Assembly: GCA_950097015.1 (NCBI GenBank)
Contig: CATNEN010000038.1
Coordinates: forward strand, 8,928,001-8,992,000
Direction: 5' to 3'
DNA length: 64,000 nt
Origin: Macrostomum hystrix
Lineage: Eukaryota > Animalia > Platyhelminthes
Position numbers and translations under genes: made by a program. The notes beneath the pieces were generated by a model, which made no database searches, had not been told where the DNA came from, and saw nothing but the letters and a program-made list of their open reading frames with translations. Shown piece after piece: positions 48,201 through 60,600 of this stretch (positions within the stretch are counted from its first letter, which is position 1; every line of letters starts with the position of its first letter).

Positions 48201-50564
48201 TTTAAAATTTTTACGATTTCTGACTAATAAAACTTAACATCAGGTCTCATTTTCTTCTGATGAATTCAGGCATTATAGCTCAATGTTTCCTTTTATAAGC
48301 TTCAGGAGTTCAGGTGTCTTAGCTTCAGTTGCTCGGGTTTCTGAGCTTCAGGGGTTCAAGTATCTGAGCTTCAGGTGTTCAAGTATCTGAGCTTCAGGTG
48401 TTCAAGTATCTGAGCTCCAGGTGTTCAAGTATCTGAGATTCAGGTGTTCAAGTATCTGAGCTTCAGGTGTTCAAGTATCTGAGCTTCAGGTGTTCAAGTA
48501 TCTGAGCTTCAGGTGTTCAAGTATCTGAGCTTTAGGTGTTCAAGTATCTGAGCTTCAGGTGTTCAAGTATCTGAGCTTCAGGTGTTCAAGTATCTGAGCT
48601 TCAGGTGTTCAAGTATCTTAGGTTCAGGTTTTCAGGTTTCTTTAGTTCAGTTCTTCTCGCTTCGTAGATACGAGCCTATCATCAATACCTTGAGTTCTTT
48701 TGGGTCTATTATTTAGTTGCAGCCTAAATCAGTGAGTAGTCGATATCCGGCATAAATCCATAAGGCGCAGGCCATAAACCTTTATTCAGTCTGACAGCGA
48801 CCTGCGCGGCAGTTGGAGCTGCTGGAATTCCCCAGGCGGGCCTTGTTACCATGGTGATAGTGCTGAACGCGGTCGGCCTGCCAACGGACGACATTGCGAA
48901 AATTCTGGCCGTGGACTGGCTATTGTGAGTCGATTGTATTGACTTGAAAATTTGGGATATATTTTCTAAAAATAGGGAAGATAGGGAATTGAATCTTACG
49001 GTCTGGTAAAAGTGGGGAATGGAATCTGAGGATCTGGGAAGATGGGGAATTGAATCTGATGATTTGGGAAGATAGGGAATTGAATCTGATGATTTGGGAA
49101 GATAGGGAATTGAATCTGCATGATGATTTGGGAAGATAGGGAATTGAATCTGATGATTTGGGAAGATAGGGAATTGAATCTGATGATTTGGGAAGATAGG
49201 GAATTGAATCGGATGATTTAAGAAGATAGGGAATTGAATCTGATGATTTGGGAAGATAGGGAATTGAATCGGATGATTTAAGAAGATAGGGAATTGAATC
49301 TGATGATTTGGGAAGATAGGGAATTGAATATGAGGATTTGCGGAGATGGGGAATTGAATCTGAGGATTTGGGAAGATAGGGAATTGAATCTGATGATTTG
49401 GGAAGATAGGGAATTGAATCGGATGATTTAAGAAGATAGGGAATTGAATCTGATGATTTGGGAAGATAGGGAATTGAATATGAGGATTTGCGGAGATGGG
49501 GAATTGAATCTGAGGATTTGGGAAGATAGGGAATTGAATCGGATGATTTGGGAAGATAGGGAATTGAATCGGATGATTTGGGAAGATAGGGAATTAAATC
49601 TGATGATTTGGGAAGATAGGGAATTGAATCGGATGATTTAAGAAGATAGGGAATTGAATCTGATGATTTAAGAAGATAGGGAATTGAATCGGATGATTTA
49701 AGAAGATAGGGAATTGAATCTGATGATTTGGGAAGATAGGGAATTGAATCTGATGATTTGGGAAGATAGGGAATTGAATCTGATGATTTGGGAAGATAGG
49801 GAATTGAATATGAGGATTTGCGGAGATGGGGAATTGAATCTGATGATTTGGGAAGATAGGGAATTGAATCTGATGATTTAAGAAGATAGGGAATTGAATC
49901 TGATGATTTAAGAAGATAGGGAATTGAATCGGATGATTTAAGAAGATAGGGAATTGAATCTGATGATTTGGGAAGATAGGGAATTGAATCTGATGATTTG
50001 GGAAGATAGGGAATTGAATCTGATGATTTGGGAAGATAGGGAATTGAATCTGATGATTTGGGAAGATAGGGAATTGAATCTGATGGTTTGGGAAGATAGG
50101 AAATTGAATATGAGGATTTGCGGAGATGGGGAATTGAATCTGATGATTTGGGAAGATAGGGAATTGAATCTGATGGTTTGGGAAGATAGGAAATTGAATA
50201 TGAGGATTTGGGAAGATAGGGAATTGAATCTGATGATTTGGGAAGATAGGGAATTGAATCTGATGATTTGGGAAGATAGGTAAGATGGTGGAGTCAGAGG
50301 ATCTGGGAAGGTGAAAGCACCAGGCCAACCCACAGAGACCGGTTCCGCACAATGATCAACGTGCTCGGCGACTGCTTCGGGGCCGGCATAGTCGAGCACC
50401 TCAGCAGACGGGAGCTGCACGGTTCTGGCTCAGATATACAGCCTGATAGTCCAAGCGGTCTGCAAAGACACCGCCAGCAGTCCAGTCAGATGCTGAAGGT
50501 GGACACCGAGCCGCTGTTGAAAGCAATGGGCCGCGGTAGCAACAGCAGCAGCAGCAGCGTGTGA
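42209..50564 (+). CDS. SLC1 family excitatory amino-acid (glutamate/aspartate) transporter
   Basis: Exons about 42209-42705, 43308-43350, 46009-46048, 46132-46309, 46753-46986, 47471-47577, 48029-48116, 48790-48924, 50336-50564. Motifs [64 protein letters not shown](N)[38 protein letters not shown]. The 5' start is uncertain because there is no in-frame ATG before TM2. Confidence 0.92.
42793..43115. repeat. Degenerate 11-bp minisatellite (GGAGTAGACAA) in EAAT intron 1
   Basis: Tandem repetition; same unit as 43615-44360. Confidence 0.88.
43615..44360. repeat. 11-bp minisatellite (GGAGTAGACAA) in EAAT intron 2
   Basis: About 65 tandem copies. Confidence 0.95.
44764..45962. repeat. 20/22-bp pyrimidine-rich minisatellite (CCCTTCATCTCAGTCCCTCTCT) in EAAT intron 2
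   Basis: About 55 tandem copies. Confidence 0.95.
46338..46670. repeat. 18-bp minisatellite with internal palindrome (CATCCCATAGTGGGATCT) in EAAT intron 4
   Basis: About 18 tandem copies. Confidence 0.95.
47584..47921 (+). mobile_element. SINE family A, full length, starting about 6 nt after an EAAT splice donor
   Basis: GGTGGCAGAGCGGTTAACGCG head, shared body, AT tail. Confidence 0.8.
48340..48640. repeat. 23-bp minisatellite (TCAGGTGTTCAAGTATCTGAGCT) in EAAT intron 7
   Basis: About 12 tandem copies. Confidence 0.93.
48975..50280. repeat. 30-bp minisatellite (GAATTGAATCTGATGATTTGGGAAGATAGG) in EAAT intron 8
   Basis: About 43 tandem copies. Confidence 0.97.
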
Positions 50565-50992
50565 CGACAGTGAAAATAAACACTTGCTAAAACATGCCTT
50601 TTGTTATACTTTTTCACCTGCTTGCTTAACACTATGATCTCATGAACATTTGCGTGTGCTCACATATAGAGCAACAGTTCTCACCCTCAATTTTACTCCT
50701 AATTCATTACTAAATGGGTTTCCGAAAAATGACAATAAATAAATAAGCTTTGGATTTGGCTTTGTAAAATAAACAGTTTGTTATTGAAAAAAATCAAATA
50801 AATCGATAAATCACGTAAAATTCTCCTTGTATTTTTATGGCAACACAAAGGACTAAATATAAAAAATTGTTTGAATAAAAGACTCTAAAAAATCATTTCA
50901 AAATCACTCTAAAAATCGAATAAAATATGATTGCATCTCAAAAAATACACATAAAACCGGACAGTTCTACTGGAAGTAGAATGATTAGAATG

Positions 50993-51631
50993 TCATCCAG
51001 TTTTCTGCTTGTTTTCGTCACCTCCGTAGTGCAAGATCTGAGCCACAATGACAGCATTGCCTAGGCTAGCCACCGAATACAGCAGTACCAGCATGGGGTC
51101 CGCTGTCTCCTGCACAGAGGTGAACACTCTTGCCAGACTGCCAAAGAGCAGCATTGAGTAGGTGACAAGTGACACCTGGCCTGTGCTGGCGGAGCTGTAG
51201 TTTCTCCAGGCCTGGGCGGCCTTGCCAGCCAGCACTAGCGGCAAAGTGCAGGCCTGCAGGGCAGCGACAGCAGCTAGCGGCACCAGGGTGGGCGAGGCAA
51301 AGGCCAGGGCGACGCAGGCGAAGGCCAGGCAGAAGACTAAGGCGGCTGCGGCGGACCGACCGCGACCGAAGTAGATCGACATTGCGGCGATGGCGCAGGT
51401 CTGGCCGGCTAGTAGGAAGCCCTCGCCGTAGGCGCTGAACGGGAAACCGCGGCGGAGGCCGTAGACGAACCCGGCGGTGCAGGCCGCCAGCTCGCAGCCG
51501 GTGGTGACGGGCGACAGGCCGCGGCTGCTGCCGCTGCTGAACACCTTCCACAGCTGGGGCAGCTTCACGCTGGCGCTACCGGCGATCACCGAGTAGCCAA
51601 GTACCTTGGCGGTCAAGGCTGCTGCCGTAGC
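50993..51631 (-). CDS. MPDU1: Mannose-P-dolichol utilization defect 1 (Lec35), PQ-loop membrane protein
   Basis: KVLGYSVIAGSASVKLPQ, GLS, GFPFSAYGE, NYSSASTGQVS, FGSLARVFTSVQETAD. Single coding exon beginning at a phase-0 CAG acceptor (51634-51632); an alternative ATG lies at 51676 inside the minisatellite. Confidence 0.9.
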   Translation of the reverse strand, partial: ATAAALTAKVLGYSVIAGSASVKLPQLWKVFSSGSSRGLSPVTTGCELAACTAGFVYGLRRGFPFSAYGEGFLLAGQTCAIAAMSIYFGRGRSAAAALVFCLAFACVALAFASPTLVPLAAVAALQACTLPLVLAGKAAQAWRNYSSASTGQVSLVTYSMLLFGSLARVFTSVQETADPMLVLLYSVASLGNAVIVAQILHYGGDENKQKTG

Positions 51632-51665
51632 CTGCGGATAGTAGGTGCGGACTGCAGCCTCACTT

Positions 51666-52200
51666 CCCACTGCCATTCCATTACATCCCACTGCCATTGC
51701 ATTACATTCCACTGCCATTCCATTACATCCCACTGCCATTCCATTACATCCCACTGCCATTGCATTACATTCCACTGTCATTCCATTACATCCCACTGCC
51801 ATTGCATTACATTCCACTGCCATTCCATTACATACCACTGCCAATCCATTACATCCCACTGCCATTGCATTACATACCACTGCCATTCCATTACATACCA
51901 CTGCCATTCCATTACATACCACTGCCATTCCATTACATACCACTGCCATTCCATTACATACCACTGCCATTCCATTACATACCACTGCCATTCCATTACA
52001 TACCACTGCCAATCCATTACATCCCACTGCCATTGCATTACATACCACTGCCATTGCATTACATACCACTGCCATTCCATTACATACCACTGCCATTCCA
52101 TTACATACCACTGCCATTCCATTACATACCACTGCCATTCCATTACATCCCACTGCTATTGCATTACATTCCACTGCCATTGCATTACATTCCACAGCCA
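51666..52200. repeat. 21-bp minisatellite (CCACTGCCATTCCATTACATA) between ATPAF2 and MPDU1
   Basis: About 25 tandem copies. Confidence 0.96.
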
Positions 52201-52319
52201 TTTCTTCACATCAGAATGCTATCCAATCAGATCCCACTGCCTAACTTATCTCCACCTACTTACAAAAAATAAAATAAATAAAGTCGGAGTGCCAAGTCAC
52301 CAAAGTACAAAAATGCAGC

Positions 52320-52325
52320 TTTATT
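52320..52325 (-). promoter_or_regulatory. Polyadenylation signal of ATPAF2, followed by a U-rich tract
   Basis: AATAAA on the minus strand 110 nt after the stop codon; T-rich tract at 52282-52264 downstream. Confidence 0.6.
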
Positions 52326-52434
52326 AACGCCCAATTACTCTGATCAATCCCATCATACAAACCCGATAACTAGCATTTCGCACGTCAGGATCTGTGAAAA
52401 AATACGAGTAAAAAGTACAAAGGTTCAAATGGGT

Positions 52435-55400
52435 TCAAATCGACCGGCTCGCCGAGGCGCCGACCGAAGCGACGTCGCGCCAGTCGTGGCTGACCAGGGC
52501 CAGCAGGGTGCCCGCCGACACACGGCACTCCAGCTCCGCAGAATCCACTCCGTGATGCCAGTCCACCTCGCCCCATTTGTCCGCTTGAAACTGCGACTCC
52601 AGAAGGCTCAAGGCGCACGCCTCGGCCACCGGAATGCGCCTGAGAGCAGTTAAAGGGGCGGCATCTTGAGACTAGTTTAGATTGAGATCTTGGGACCATT
52701 TTGGATTGGGATCTTGGGACAATTTGTATTGGGATCTTGAGACTAGTTTGGATTGGGATCTTGGGACTAGTTTGGATTGGGATCTTGAGACTAGTTCAGA
52801 TTGGGATCTTGAGACTAGTTTGGATTGGGATCTTGAGACTAGTTTAGATTGGGATCTTGAGACTAGTTTGGATTGGGATCTTGGGACTAGTTTTGATTGG
52901 GATCTTGGGACTATTTTGGATTGGGATCTTGGGACAATTTGGATTGGGATCTTGGGACTAGTTTGGATTGGGATCTTGGGACTAGTTTGGATTGGGATCT
53001 TGAGATTAGTTTAGATTGGGATCTTGAGACTAGTTTGGATTGGGATCTTGGGACTAGTTTGGATTGGGATCTTGAGACTAGTTTAGATTGGGATCTTGAG
53101 ACTAGTTTGGATTGGGATCTTGGGACTAGTTTTGATTGGGATCTTGAGACTAGTTTGGATTGGGATCTTGGGACTAGTTTTGATTGGGATCTTGAGACTA
53201 GTTTGGATTGGGATCTTGAGACTAGTTTGGATTGGGATCTTGGGACTAGTTTTGATTGGGATCTTGGGACTATTTTGGATTGGGATCTTGGGACTAGTTT
53301 AGATTGGGATCTTTGGACTAGTTTAGATTGTGATCTTGAGACTAGTTTTGATTGGGATCTTGAGACTAGTTTGAATTGGGATCTTGGGACTAGTTTGGAT
53401 TGGGATCTTGGGACTAGTTTGGATTGGGATCTTGAGATTAGTTTGGATTGGGATCTTGGGACTAGTTTAGATTGGGATCTTGGGACTAGTTTGGATTGGG
53501 ATCTTGGGACTAGTTTAGATTGGGATCTTGAGACTAGTGTGGATTGGGATCTTGGGACTAGTTTTGATTGGGATATTGGGAGGAGTTTGGATTGGGATCA
53601 TAGAGAAAGTAGGGATTTGGATATTGTTACTTGCTGGTGTTGCGATTCTAAATGCAAAAGCAGGCAGACTGGCTAACCTGTCGAGCAAGCACATGGCGAG
53701 CAGGCAGGATTTTAGGCTTTCGGCCGCGAATCGAACCCCGGACACGCCCCAGCTGTTGAGCGAGACTAATCTAGCTCGGAATTTATTCAAAGACTCGGCG
53801 TCAACTGGCGGCGGCTGCAGACTGAGGGTTGGCGCCAGACTCAGGCCGTAGCTACGGTTCACGCCGTCCAGCACCGGCTTCCAGCGCTGCCGCTGGAGCT
53901 CGTGCAGCTCCTCGGGCTGGGCGCTCCAGTAGAGCAGGGTGTCAGTCTCCAGGTACTCCAGAACAGCGGCTGCCTGCTGCTCCCGGGTAAGGCCAACCGG
54001 ATTGTCTATGGCCGAATTGCAGAGGCTGGTCAGGTGCATCCGAGCTCTGCGGGACGAGGGTGTCGAATGCCCAGCCTCAAATCCCATTTAGATTCGGGAG
54101 ATGGATCAGTCTCAAATCCCTTTTCGATTCGGTAGAGGGATCTGACTCAAATCCCATTGAAATTCGGTAGAGGGATCTGACTCAAATCCCATTGAAATTC
54201 GGTAGAGGGATCTGACTCAAATCCCATTGAAATTCGGTAAAGGGATCTGACTCAAATCCCATTGAAATTCGGTAGAGGGATCTGACTCAAATCCCATTGA
54301 AAGTCGGGAGAGGGATCTGACTCAGATCCCATTGAAATTCGGGAGAGGGATCTGACTCAAAACCCATCGAAATTCGGCAGAGGTATCTGCCTCAAATCCC
54401 ATCGAAATTCGGGAGAGGGATCTGCCTCAAATCCCATCGAAATTCGGGAGAGGGATCTGCCTCAAATCTCATCGAAATTCGGGAGAGGGATTTGACTCAA
54501 ATCCCATTGAAATTCGGTAGAGGGATCTGACTCAAATCCCATTGAAATTCGGTAGAGGGATCTGACTCAAATCCCATTGAAATTCGGGAGAGGGATCTGA
54601 CTCAAATCCCATTGAAAGTCGGGAGAGGGATCTGACTCAAATCCCATTGAAATTCGGGTGAGGGATCTGACTCAAATCCCATTGAAAGTTGGGAGAGGGA
54701 TCTGACTCAAATCCCATTGAAATTCGGGAGAGGGATTTGACTCAAATCCCATTGAAATTCGGTAGAGGGATCTGACTCAAATCCCATTGAAATTCGGTAG
54801 AGGGATCTGACTCAAATCCCATTGAAATTCGGGTGAGGGATCTGACTCAAATCCCATTGAAAGTCGGGAGAGGGATCTGACTCAAATCCCATTGAAATTC
54901 GGGTGAGGGATCTGACTCAAATCCCATTGAAAGTTGGGAGAGGGATCTGACTCATCCCACTGAAAGTCGGGAGAGGGATCTGACTCAAATCCCATCGAAA
55001 TTCGGGAGAGGGATCTGCCTCAAATCCCATTGAAATTCGGGAGAGGGATCTGTTTCAAATCCCATACAGATTGAGAAAAGGATCTGCCTTAAATATTTTT
55101 GAGATTTAGAAAGGGGTTTTCCTTAAGTATTGTACAGATCTTTTATCTCGACACCGGCGACTGAATCACAAAGGTAGATAATGAGACTAGTAATCAGCCT
55201 TAAATCTCTGATCGCACCTGTCAATGTGGTCCACCTGGGAGTTCCATTCGTGAGCCACAGCTAGCGCCAATCCCTCATGCGGCACACTAAATGGCTGACC
55301 ATTCGGCGTGCGCAGGCGCCTCTGGTCCAAGTTCACCTCATACACGCCTGGGCCAGACTTGGTCACGTGAGCCCGCTTATAAAATCTTTTGATCTTGCCG

Positions 55401-55492
55401 CCAGCTAGGCTGCCAGAAGCTGGCGCCATCGTGGTCAGGCCTCGCAGATGGCAGAGGCGCAGGGCCTGCCTGCTCAACTGGCAAATTACAGA
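52435..55492 (-). CDS. ATPAF2: ATP synthase mitochondrial F1 complex assembly factor 2 (ATP12)
   Basis: Exons 55492-55218, 54046-53678, 52639-52435. KRFYK, YEVNLDQRRLRTP, LALAVAHEWNSQ, MHLTSLCNSAIDNP, YLETDTLLY, ESLKS, LESQFQADKWGEVDWHHGVD. Confidence 0.93.
52664..53600. repeat. 24-bp minisatellite (GATTGGGATCTTGAGACTAGTTTG) in ATPAF2 intron 2
   Basis: About 38 tandem copies. Confidence 0.96.
54076..55090. repeat. 35-bp minisatellite (TCAAATCCCATTGAAATTCGGTAGAGGGATCTGAC) in ATPAF2 intron 1
   Basis: About 29 tandem copies. Confidence 0.96.
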
Positions 55493-57629
55493 CTGAAGAG
55501 CAAAAAGTGGATGGGATGCAATAATAGTCCATTTATTGCCAAAATTCAATTACTTAAGCATGTATGCAAATGTTTGCATCAAGCTATTCAAACACACTAT
55601 TTTACAATGTAGCAACTACAGGTAATAAAAAACAAGCATTGAAGCAAACAGGAGCTAGCTAGTCAATCCTTTCATTTTCATTTTCATTTGCTTAGCTTGT
55701 ACATCATAATATGCATAATATAGTCATGCCTAAAGATAATTCAGAAAGAAACATCTTATTTGCAGAGATAAAGAAGATATGATAAAAATATTGACACAAT
55801 TTAGTTATAATAAAAATCTAGCCAGCCAACATTGGTAGTTTCAACAACTTCTGTTGTTGGTAGCTTAATAAAACAATAAGACAAATAATGAGAAAAAACT
55901 GCTATTCCTAAAAAAGATCTGTTGCATCTATATGCTCATATTTGAGCATCATCAAGCCTACTATGAACCATTTGGAAGATTTTAAAATCTATATAGCTAG
56001 GATATGTGCAGGGACAAATAAATTGTAAAGTGGCTAAAAAATATATAATATTAATATTAAACAGAAAATGTTTGTCAATTTTTATCAATTTCTTTTAGTT
56101 AGTAGCTAATCATATTACATATCTTCTCTGTATTGCCATTTGTCTGTCTGAAAAATGTGCTAAAAACAACAGATTCTTTGTTGATATTCTTAGCTATTTT
56201 AAGGGATTCTAAAAGTGAAATGGAATGAATTCCCAAATCATTTCACAGGCAAACAAGAGTTATTTGCAGAAAATACCTAAACTATGTCCTCCTTTCATCC
56301 TCAGAACTAGTCAGAACTGGGGCAGTATTGGTGTTAGTCAAAACAGATATTTATGTGCAACAAAAAAAAATCGTTTTTTGTAATGATATTAATCACCTCA
56401 TCTATAAATAATCCAAATAAGTAGGCCCCTATGTAATAAATCAAGTTTTTGTTGTCCTGTTACCTCATTCAATCAGGATAACGGTAGACAGATTTTTTAT
56501 AGTAAATAGGCTATCCATGTTTTATAATAAACATTTTATGAACAAAACTTTAGGACCACAATATAAGTCGCTAAGTTAATGTATGCAGCCATGCAGATAA
56601 GCTGTGATAGGTAAGCCGATCATACACAATACAGTATGATGACACAGTAGATTATGCAGTACATGTGTACATCATTTGATTTAATGTGGAGTAGTAGTCT
56701 GATTTATCATTAAGTAAACTGCCTTTCAGATAAGCTGGGCACTATTGGCATGGAACAGTTTGGTAAATTTCAGAATTATTAACATGGGACCATGTGGTCT
56801 GGTGATAAATACGGCCAATTAAAATATGTAATAAATAAATATTTATTTATTTATTTATTACATTATATATATATAAAGCTACATATGCAGCTGTCTCCAT
56901 TGATTGACTAGTAACTAGACCTACACTTGCCTTCGCTGAATGTTTGTATTCTATTTATTTAGCTTTTTAAAAAGGTTTAAATATGGATCATAGAATTTGA
57001 TTCGCACTGCATACATCTGAACTCGAACTCTGAAGTAAGTGATGCACACAAAGATGCGCACATCAGGGACTAAACTGTTTTGCTTAAACTTCCTATATTC
57101 ATACTCTCCTATTGAATGTTGATATCCGTGAACAAAGCGTAAGGGCTAAAATTCAACAAAAACTAGGTCCTGTATCATTATTTACATAAGCGTACAACCT
57201 CACAAAAAATCCTTAGTAAGAAAGATCTTCTTGGGGATGTTTCTATGAAAGCTAGACATTTGTAAAAAAGTAACTACTTTTTGTAAGTTATAAGAAAATT
57301 CAACAAAAGCGAAAAATTCCTATGAAATTACCCTTCCACTATACGCAGTCATTTCTTGACAGCTCTAAAATAGTTCTGAATCGTTTTGAAAGATTTAGTT
57401 GTCAAATTATATACTTTCCATGATATTCCAATTTTTTCCATCCTTCGAAATAATTTTTTCGCATTTAGCAGCATTTAACTAGCATTAACATTTACCCCGA
57501 TAACTCTGTTATTTACAGATTTCTGGTTACATTGCTTACGCAATACGCAGAATTCTAATTTGGCGGAAAATTGTGTTGTCTAGCTGGCTATTTCTGTAAT
57601 TCTTGGTATAACACTCCGTTAACGAAGTT

Positions 57630-60600
57630 ATGATGCCCATTAGATTGAATTTGACTCTTTTTATTGTCACATTATCCATTTCAAACATTTGTCTATGTGA
57701 GCTATTCACGGCAGTCATAGATATTCAAAAATCATTGCAACAAGAGCAAGACCTTGCAACTGCACTCGATGAATATGTATCTAAGGAGCTCGAAAGACTC
57801 TCTTCTGTTAAAAGGTTTTCTGATTCACTAAAGTCACGAGCGCAGTGGAATTCGACATCAGATTTAACTCATCCAATCCATGCATATTTAATGCTCAAGC
57901 GACTTGGGCTTGATTGGCAGGAACATGTCAAAACTAAAAAGGAAGAAGTCAAAACAACATTTGAATCACAGATTGAAAACCTCTCTCTTCCGAGTGCAGA
58001 AGATGTTGATGGTGCCATGGATGCCATTGTTCGATTGCAAGATACATATGCTATTCCTGCTCGACTATTGTCTGCTGGCAAGCTTTCCCAGCCCCAGGAG
58101 CCTCACTTTTCTCAAAGTATTATGACAGGTAAGCTCTTTTGGGATTTGTAACTATAACTATGTCTATGGTGATGTTTTCATTGCTTTAGGGATTTTTTAG
58201 ATTTCAGCTTTAGGCCTAGCTAAGTTGCAAAATTGATTGACTCTAGGCATTGTTAACTAACTTATAAAAATTAAAAATGGTTGATATCATAGCTTTGCAT
58301 AGCTAGTATCATTGGTTTAAATTGATTTAAATAATCAATCATAAAAACTAGCAAACTAGGTACAAAGTCCTTCAGAAATGTTCAAGAATATCAAATGTTA
58401 ACTTTAGAGAGATTTTATTTACAATTTAGCTACTTGTAGTCAGACAAAAATAGAAAACCCTAACTGATTTGAACATTTTAAGCATTAGATAGCTAAAAAT
58501 ACAGATTATTATTATATACAATACACAGCTAGGGCCTACTTGAAAAATGTTTTAACAAAAAATGGTGTCTAATATATAACTAAATCTATTTTTTAGCTGA
58601 CGAGTGCTTTGCTATTGCACTCTATGCATATACCAAGGGTGACTTATACCATGCCAAGGATTGGTTCACAGTGACCTTGAGCTTAATGGGTAATAGTGTA
58701 GCTACTGACCAAGGCCTACAGAGAAGCAAAGTGTTGGACTACCTAGCCTATGTGCTCTACAAGGTAAGAATATTCATTGACTTGAAACCATTGCTAAAGA
58801 CATGTCTTGCTGTTGCAAGTCTAAAACAATAATAAAGTCTAAAACACTTTTCCAGCAAGGTCACCTGCAGGAATCCCTGGCTCTCACCAATGAGCTGCTA
58901 GTCTTGGATCCTGGCCATCAGCGGGCACTGAACAATCGTGAGCATTTCGAGCGCCAGTTAGCCGCTGAGCAAGCCGGTGGGCCACGGCGCAAAGGGGACA
59001 CCGGTCTGGCTGATGAGGAGGAGGCGATACGGCACAATGTGCCGCACCGGGATGGTTGGTACGGCAGCGCTGAGTTCCAGCGCTACAAGCGACTGTGCCA
59101 GGGCAAACTTCTACCTGGCGATTTCGAGTTCTCTAACCAGCCTCTGACGTGCCGCTATTATAGACCACATCCGTACTTTTACCTGGCACCAATTAAAGAG
59201 GAGGTTTGTTGACGCCCGACACATTGGACACGCGACAGGAAGGATTGAGTAGCGTGGGAGCGGATTGGGTAGAGTGAGGAAGGATTGGGTAGAGGTAGGA
59301 AGAATTGGGTAGAGTGAGGAAGGATTGGGTAGAGTGAGGAAGGATTGGGTAGAGTGAGGAAGGATTGGGTAGAGTGAGGAAGGATTGGGTAGAGGGAGGA
59401 AGGATTGGGTAGAGGGAGGAAGGATTGGGTAGAGTGAGGAAGGATTGGGTAGAGGGAGGAAGGATTGGGTAGAGGGAGGAAGGATTGGGTAGAGGGAGGA
59501 AGAATTGGGTAGAGAGAGGAAGGATTGGGTAGAGTGAGGAAGGATTGGGTAGAGTGAGGAAGGATTGGGTAGAGTGAGGAAGGATTGGGTAGAGTGAGGA
59601 AGGATTGGGTAGAGGGAGGAAGGATTGGGTAAAGTGAGGAAGGATTGGGTAGAGTGAGGAAGGATTGGGTAGAGTGAGGAAGGACTGAGTAGAGTCAGAA
59701 AGGATACAGTGAGAAAGGCATTGCTAATCCATCTCGACCTGCTCGGTCAGGTGGCCCACTGGCGCCCGCTGATTGTACTGTGGCACGGCATCATCGGCCA
59801 ATCAGAGATCGACACTGTTCGGGAACTGGCCGAGCCGCGTCTTCGGCGGGCCACGGTGCAGGACCCGGCCACTGGCAAGCTGGTGACAGCCCGCTACCGC
59901 ATCAGCAAGAGCGCCTGGCTGCAGGGGGTTCTTCATCCAACCATTCGCAAGCTGGATCGCAAAATCGAACTCATGACCGGACTCAGCGTGGCATCGGCTG
60001 AGGAGCTGCAGGTAACTCGTTAGAGCCCCGACATGTTAGACACTGATCTTTGACATGTTAGACACTGGTCGCAGATATGTTAGACACTGGTCGCAGACAT
60101 GTTAGACACTGGTCGCAGACATGTTAGACACTGATCTCCGGGATGTTAGACACTGATCTCCGACATGTTAGACACTGGTCGCAAACATGTTAGACACTGA
60201 TCTCCGACATGTTAGACACTGATCTCCGACTTGTTAGACACTGATCTCCGGCATGTTAGACACTGGTCGCAGACATGTTAGACACTGATCTCCGAGATGT
60301 TAGACACTGATCTCCGACATGTTAGACACTGATCTCCGACATGTTAGACACTGATCTCCGACATGTTAGACACTGGTCGCAGACATGTTAGACACTGATC
60401 TCCGGCCTGTTAGACACTGATCTCCGACCTGTTAGACACTGATCTCCGACATGTTAGACACTGATATCCGACATGTTAGACACTGATCTCGGACATGTTA
60501 GACACTGATCTCCGACTTGTTAGACACTGAATAGCCGCGCTTAGCTAGCGCCTATTTTAACCCTTGGCAATCACAGGTGGTTAACTACGGCCTTGGTGGT

